From assembly GCA_963722805.1 (NCBI GenBank), contig CAVROQ010000008.1, forward strand, positions 1,160 through 65,159: DNA of 64,000 nucleotides. Reading direction: 5' to 3'. The notes below the pieces were generated by a model. It was not told where the DNA came from, ran no database searches, and saw only the letters and a program-made list of their open reading frames with translations. The translations under genes and the position numbers were made by a program. Origin of the DNA: an uncultured Gammaproteobacteria bacterium. GTDB lineage: Bacteria > Pseudomonadota > Gammaproteobacteria > Pseudomonadales > JAHEGP01. Below, piece after piece: positions 59,341 through 64,000 of the stretch (the stretch's first letter is position 1; each line of letters starts with the position of its first letter).

Positions 59341-60813
59341 ATGTATTTATTAGCGATTGATCAGGGAACCACTTCGTCAAGGGCAATTGTATTCAGTCGC
59401 AATGCCGAAATACTCGGGGTAGGGCAACAGGAGTTTCGCCAGTACTATCCCAAGGATGGCTGGGTGGAACATGACCCCGAGGAAATTTGGCAGACGACAC
59501 TTGAGTCTATTACGGCTGCTATAGCCAAGGCGGCGATCAACCCCGGCGATATCGCGTCGATTGGCATTACCAACCAAAGAGAAACGACCCTGGTGTGGGA
59601 TCGCGTTACCGGCGAGCCGATTTATCCCGCTATAGTCTGGCAAGACCGGCGCACCTCCGCGTATTGTGCACAATTGCGCGATGCCGGAGCCGAACCCGAG
59701 GTGCAGGCTGCAACCGGCTTGCTACTCGATCCGTATTTCTCGGCAACCAAAATCAATTGGATACTTGAAAACGTGAGCGGAGCCAGGCGCCGTGCCGAGC
59801 AGGGTGAGTTGGCTTTTGGCACGATTGATAGTTTTTTGTTGTGGCGTTTAACTGACGGTCGTGAACATAGTACCGATGCCAGTAATGCCAGCCGGACATT
59901 GCTTTTCGATCTGGAGAAGCAGTGCTGGAGTGAAGAAATGCTGCGTCTTTTCGATATCCCCGCTGCATTGCTGCCGCGGGTCAAAGACAGTAGTGACAGT
60001 TTTGGCGTCACTCGCAATTCGTCGATCGGTGCCGACGTGGCTATTGGTGGCGTGGCAGGCGACCAGCATGCTGCGATAGTTGGCGAAGCGTGTTTTTCAG
60101 TGGGGCAGGGTAAGAGCACGTATGGTACCGGTTGCTTTATGTTGCTCAATACCGGGGGTGAACTGATTCGCTCTCAAAACCGGCTGCTGACGACAATGGC
60201 CTATCGCATAAACGGTGTGCCGACCTACGCTTTGGAAGGATCGATATTTATCGCCGGTGCCGCGATTCAATGGCTGCGAGATGGCCTTGGTATTGTGCAA
60301 AGCTCAGCGGACACCGAGGCTATCGCCCGCAAGCGACCACATGCCCGGGGGGTCTACATGGTGCCGGCGTTTACCGGGCTCGGGGCGCCACATTGGGATG
60401 CCGATGCGCGCGGTGCATTGCTTGGCTTGACTCGTGACAGTGACGTGACCGACATTGTGATCGCTGCCATTGAAGCGGTCTGTTACCAGTCGCGAGATTT
60501 GCTTGAGGCAATGAAAGCGGATAACTGCCATCCGGCGGAGTTGCGGATCGACGGTGGTATGGCGTCGAATGATGTGTTTATTCAGCGGCTCGCGGATATT
60601 ACCGGTTTGCCTGCCTGCCGCCCGCGGGTTACCGAAACCACGGCACTTGGGGCTGCTTTTCTTGCCGGCCTGCAAGCCGGGGTATACCAGGACCTGGAAC
60701 AAATCAGTGAGTTATGGCAGGAGGATGGGCGCTTCACCCCGGCGATGCCCGAACCGGAGCGAGAGCAATACTACCAGGGTTGGTTGCGTGCTCTCGAACG
60801 GGTAAAAAGCTGA
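59341..60813 (+). CDS. glpK: Glycerol kinase
   Basis: Begins [19 protein letters not shown], with [13 protein letters not shown] and DGGMASN. Start re-called to the ATG at 59341, preceded by gaggggag. Confidence 0.95.
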   Translation: MYLLAIDQGTTSSRAIVFSRNAEILGVGQQEFRQYYPKDGWVEHDPEEIWQTTLESITAAIAKAAINPGDIASIGITNQRETTLVWDRVTGEPIYPAIVWQDRRTSAYCAQLRDAGAEPEVQAATGLLLDPYFSATKINWILENVSGARRRAEQGELAFGTIDSFLLWRLTDGREHSTDASNASRTLLFDLEKQCWSEEMLRLFDIPAALLPRVKDSSDSFGVTRNSSIGADVAIGGVAGDQHAAIVGEACFSVGQGKSTYGTGCFMLLNTGGELIRSQNRLLTTMAYRINGVPTYALEGSIFIAGAAIQWLRDGLGIVQSSADTEAIARKRPHARGVYMVPAFTGLGAPHWDADARGALLGLTRDSDVTDIVIAAIEAVCYQSRDLLEAMKADNCHPAELRIDGGMASNDVFIQRLADITGLPACRPRVTETTALGAAFLAGLQAGVYQDLEQISELWQEDGRFTPAMPEPEREQYYQGWLRALERVKS

Positions 60814-60873
60814 TAGACACCCTACTGCACCATGCCCACTGTTAGCGCGCCGCAGATGTGCCTGGGGTGTGTT

Positions 60874-61785
60874 TTACTTGCTGTGGTTCAACAAAAATTC
60901 AATCAGGGCTTTTTGGGCATGCAAGCGGTTTTCAGCTTCGTTCCAGATGACGCTGGTATCACTGTCCATCAGCCCGGCAGAAATTTCTTCACCACGATGG
61001 GCGGGTAGGCAGTGCATATAGAGTGCGTCAGTGGCGGCGACCGCGAGCAGGTCTTCATTCAGCTGATAGCCTGCAAGCTCTTCCAGGCGCTGCTTCGATT
61101 CGGCTTCCTGGCCCATCGACGCCCACACATCGGTTACCAGTAAATTTGCATCCCGCGCGGCAGCGGCGGGTTTGCGCAGCACGCTAACCCGGTCTGCATT
61201 GTCCTTTAACAGCTGGGCATCGGGTTCATAGCCTTCCGGGCAGGCAATTTTCAGCTCAAAATCAAACTGTCGTGCGGCCTTGATGTAGGATTGGCACATG
61301 TTGTTGCCGTCGCCAATCCAGGCCACGGTTTTGCCCTTGATAGCGCCGCGATGCTCGACATAGGTCTGGATGTCAGCGAGCAACTGGCAGGGATGATAGC
61401 TATCGGTCAGGGCATTGATAACTGGCACCGACGAAAACCGGGCAAAGCGTTCGATCTGCTCGTGGCCAAAGGTTCGTACCATCAGGATATCAACCATTGA
61501 CGATAACACCCGGGCGCTGTCTTCAACCGGTTCACCGCGACCGAGTTGGGTATCTCTCGAAGACAAGAACAGGGCGTGTCCCCCTAGCTGTGCCATACCG
61601 GCCTCGAAAGAGACCCTGGTGCGGGTAGAGGACTTTTCAAACACCATTCCCATTACGTAGCCAACGAAGGGTTGAAAAAGTTCGCGGCGTTTTTGCATCG
61701 CCTTCAGTTCTATGGCCCGGTTTATCAGGGATTGCAGTTCCTGCGGACTTAAGTCCGTCAGTGTGAGGAAATGTCTGGGATTCAT
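60874..61785 (-). CDS. argF: Ornithine carbamoyltransferase (anabolic)
   Basis: Motifs STRTR, HPCQ, DVWASMG and HCLPA. 303 aa. Confidence 0.9.
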   Translation of the reverse strand: MNPRHFLTLTDLSPQELQSLINRAIELKAMQKRRELFQPFVGYVMGMVFEKSSTRTRVSFEAGMAQLGGHALFLSSRDTQLGRGEPVEDSARVLSSMVDILMVRTFGHEQIERFARFSSVPVINALTDSYHPCQLLADIQTYVEHRGAIKGKTVAWIGDGNNMCQSYIKAARQFDFELKIACPEGYEPDAQLLKDNADRVSVLRKPAAAARDANLLVTDVWASMGQEAESKQRLEELAGYQLNEDLLAVAATDALYMHCLPAHRGEEISAGLMDSDTSVIWNEAENRLHAQKALIEFLLNHSK

Positions 61786-61833
61786 GTCACTACAACACCT
61801 GTCCTTGATAAAAAATGCCAGCGGTTTTGCCGT

Positions 61834-63027
61834 TCAGCCGGTCCGGGTTTGCATGCTGGAACTATGGTTGATGATGGCAGCGCCCACACGCTCCACCAGG
61901 GTGTCGGCCTGCTCGTCGCTGAGTATGAGGGGCGGCAGCAAGCGCACTGTGTTGTTGCCGGCGACGTTAATGATCACGCCCTGGGCTAGGGCGGCTGCTA
62001 TCAGGCCACTGCAGTCGCAGGTCAGCTCGATGCCTATCATCAGGCCCGCGCCGCGAATTTCTTTCAGTGTCGGCAGATTCGCCAGTACTTGCCGCAGGCC
62101 TTTTTTAATGTGTTCGCCCAGCTCGGCAGAGCGCTGTGCCAAACCGCCTTGCTCGATGATGTCCAGCACGGTGAGCGCGGTGCGGCAGGCCAGTGGGTTG
62201 CCGCCAAAAGTGGAGCCATGATTGCCCGGCTGCAATACGCTGGCGGCAGCGCCTCTGGCAAGGCAAGCCCCAATCGGCACGCCGTTGCCCAGGCCTTTGG
62301 CGGTGGTGACTACATCGGGGAGGATGCCTTCCAGTTGATAGTTGAAGTAGGCCCCGGTGCGCGCATTTCCGGTTTGTACTTCGTCGAGAATCAGCAACCA
62401 CTGCTGATGGTCGCACAGCTCACGCAGTGACTTCAGGAAGCCTGCGGGAGGCACGATGACACCCGCTTCGCCCTGGATCGGCTCCAGCATTACCGCGACT
62501 ACCTGACTATTGTTGCGGGCGATCGTTTGCAAGGCTTTGATGTCGCCATAAGGCGCGCGAATGAAACCTTTCAGTAGCGGTTCGAAGCCGGCCTGAATCT
62601 TGCGGTTGCCAGACGCAGACAGGGTGGCCATGGTGCGGCCGTGAAAGGCCGCTTCCATGACGATGATGGCGGGTGCAGACACGCCGGCCTTGTGCCCATG
62701 CAGGCGTGCCAGTTTTATCGCCGCCTCGTTGGCCTCGGCCCCGGAGTTGCAGAAGAACACCTTATCCATCTCTGCCCGTTGGCAAAGTTTTTTTGCCAGT
62801 TCGGTCTGCAGGCTGGACTGAAACAGGTTGGAAACATGCAGCAGCTTGCCGGCCTGGTCTGAGATGGCAGCTGTGACCGCCGGGTGGGCATGGCCGAGAC
62901 CGCAGACCGCAATCCCCGACAAGGCATCCAGATAAGCGTTGCCCTGGTTATCGAAGAGCCAGGGCCCCTCGCCGTGACTGAACTCGATATCCAACCGAGC
63001 GTAGGTATCCATAACTGCGGTGTTCAT
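61834..63027 (-). CDS. argD: Acetylornithine/succinylornithine aminotransferase
   Basis: Class-III aminotransferase: FCNSGAEANEAAIKLAR, ILDEVQTGNARTG and DVVTTAKGLGNG (PLP Lys). Start re-called to the ATG at 63027. It lies upstream of argF on the same strand. Confidence 0.9.
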   Translation of the reverse strand: MNTAVMDTYARLDIEFSHGEGPWLFDNQGNAYLDALSGIAVCGLGHAHPAVTAAISDQAGKLLHVSNLFQSSLQTELAKKLCQRAEMDKVFFCNSGAEANEAAIKLARLHGHKAGVSAPAIIVMEAAFHGRTMATLSASGNRKIQAGFEPLLKGFIRAPYGDIKALQTIARNNSQVVAVMLEPIQGEAGVIVPPAGFLKSLRELCDHQQWLLILDEVQTGNARTGAYFNYQLEGILPDVVTTAKGLGNGVPIGACLARGAAASVLQPGNHGSTFGGNPLACRTALTVLDIIEQGGLAQRSAELGEHIKKGLRQVLANLPTLKEIRGAGLMIGIELTCDCSGLIAAALAQGVIINVAGNNTVRLLPPLILSDEQADTLVERVGAAIINHSSSMQTRTG

Positions 63028-63136
63028 TGTCTTGCCTGCCGTATAAACGCAAAAAGGCAGCCACTCGCTGCCCAAGAAAAACGGGAAACTATAAAGGCAT
63101 TGACAGCATTTGGCAAACGATTAATGTAGGGCGCAA

Positions 63137-64000
63137 ATGGCTGCGGTAAGGGAAATCCTCGCAGCCTTGACTTGAACGGGACAAGCAGAGATCGACGCAA
63201 TAGAGCTAGGAATATTTTCCAGTCGGCTTGGGGCCGTCTGCGATGAGATGGGCGCGGTGCTGCGGCGGGCGGCTTTCTCTCCCAACATCAAGGACCGGCT
63301 CGACTATTCCTGCGCTATTTTTGATGCCAGCGGCGAGCTTTGTGCGCAGGCCGCGCACATCCCGGTTCACCTTGGCAGCATGGCCTTTGCCATGGCTGAT
63401 ATTGTGGGTGGCATAGAATGGCAGGCCGGCGACATGGTGGTGCTCAATGATCCCTTCCTGGGCGGCACCCATCTGCCTGATGTAACCATGGTAGCCCCGT
63501 TGTTTGCAGCAGGGCAGCTGCAGGGCTTTGTCGCGAACCGCGCGCATCATGCGAATATTGGTGCCGACTCTCCCGGCTCGATGCCGCTGTCCCGGCATAT
63601 CGATCAGGAAGGCGTGCTGCTTTCTCCGCAGCATTTGCTGCGCGAGGATGTCTATCAACCCGACGTGGTGGCGCGCCTCGCCGCGATCGAGGGGGTTGCC
63701 GGTGGTGGATTAAGCGGCGATTTCCAGGCGCAGATTAGTGCTAATCGCACCGGAGTCGAACGTTTGGGGCAGTTGCTCGACGGGTTCGGTGCGACTGCCT
63801 TCAGCACCTCGCTGCAAGCTTTGAATGCTTATGCCGAGCGTTTGGCCAGAGCCGAGTATGCGCGGATACCGGATGGAACGTGGTGCTTCAGCGATGTGAT
63901 GGACGACGATGGCGCCGGCACTCGTGACGTCGTTATTGCACTTGCTGTTATGGTATCCGGCAGTGATATCAGCGTTGATTTCACCGGTACTTCTGCCCAG
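63137..64000 (+). pseudogene. Hydantoinase B/oxoprolinase-family gene (HyuB-like), interrupted by an in-frame TGA at codon 13; 3' end outside the window
   Basis: The frame is open from 63176 to the window end and reads EIDAIELGIFSSRLGAVCDEMGAVLRRAAFSPNIKDRLDYSCAIFD..HIPVHLGSM..DPFLGGTHLPD. There is no ATG, GTG or TTG between the TGA at 63173-63175 and this homology. The only in-frame ATG (63137) lies 12 codons upstream of that TGA. This frame is absent from the supplied ORF track. Confidence 0.65.

Noticed and set aside
63173-63175. In-frame TGA in the hyuB-like gene considered as a selenocysteine codon
   Set aside because: Hydantoinase B/oxoprolinase proteins are not known selenoproteins. 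The position lies in the poorly conserved extreme N-terminus, and I see no convincing SECIS-like hairpin immediately downstream. A nonsense mutation or base-call error is more likely.

Overview
This window looks like a gammaproteobacterial chromosome; that assignment rests only on gene content and synteny and was not checked against any database. It divides into three parts.

(1) 1-12.7 kb is a dense pile of mobile DNA with almost no cargo:
- the 3' part of an IS4/IS1634-like element;
- a degraded tyrosine recombinase;
- a complete recombinase-in-trio (RIT) element with perfect 29-bp terminal inverted repeats;
- an IS91-family HUH transposase with a frameshifted, truncated integrase partner;
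- a 3'-truncated IS66 element (tnpA-tnpB-tnpC);
- an intact IS21 element (istA-istB) with multi-repeat ends.

(2) 12.7-35.5 kb is a visibly AT-richer exopolysaccharide locus of the PEP-CTERM/exosortase type.
- It encodes a Wzy_C/O-antigen-ligase-like protein, an ATP-grasp enzyme, an LMW-PTP, several GT4 and GT2 glycosyltransferases, and a DegT-like aminotransferase.
- It also carries a GT-C enzyme with an adjacent polyprenyl-phosphate GT2, a degenerate GT2 paralog and a formyltransferase-like gene.
- It ends with the PrsT/PrsR/PrsK regulatory trio.
- It contains an IS5-family insertion and two frame-disrupted genes.
- No exosortase gene or PEP-CTERM substrate gene is visible in the window.

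(3) 35.5-64 kb is ordinary core genome:
- DUF1631, ispB, rplU-rpmA-obg-proB, rpsT, dgkA, an aldehyde dehydrogenase, two DUF4136 lipoproteins and an acyltransferase;
- dinG, yqcC, a multi-kinase phosphorelay cluster and csrA (59 aa, below the ORF-track cutoff);
- glpK, argF-argD and a hyuB-like gene interrupted by an in-frame TGA.

I found no CRISPR array, tRNA, rRNA or recognisable defence system. The most notable items are the RIT element, the nested IS architecture, the Arn-like lipid-carrier glycosylation module with a pseudo-enzyme paralog, and a run of single-base frame disruptions that could be real gene decay or homopolymer sequencing errors.
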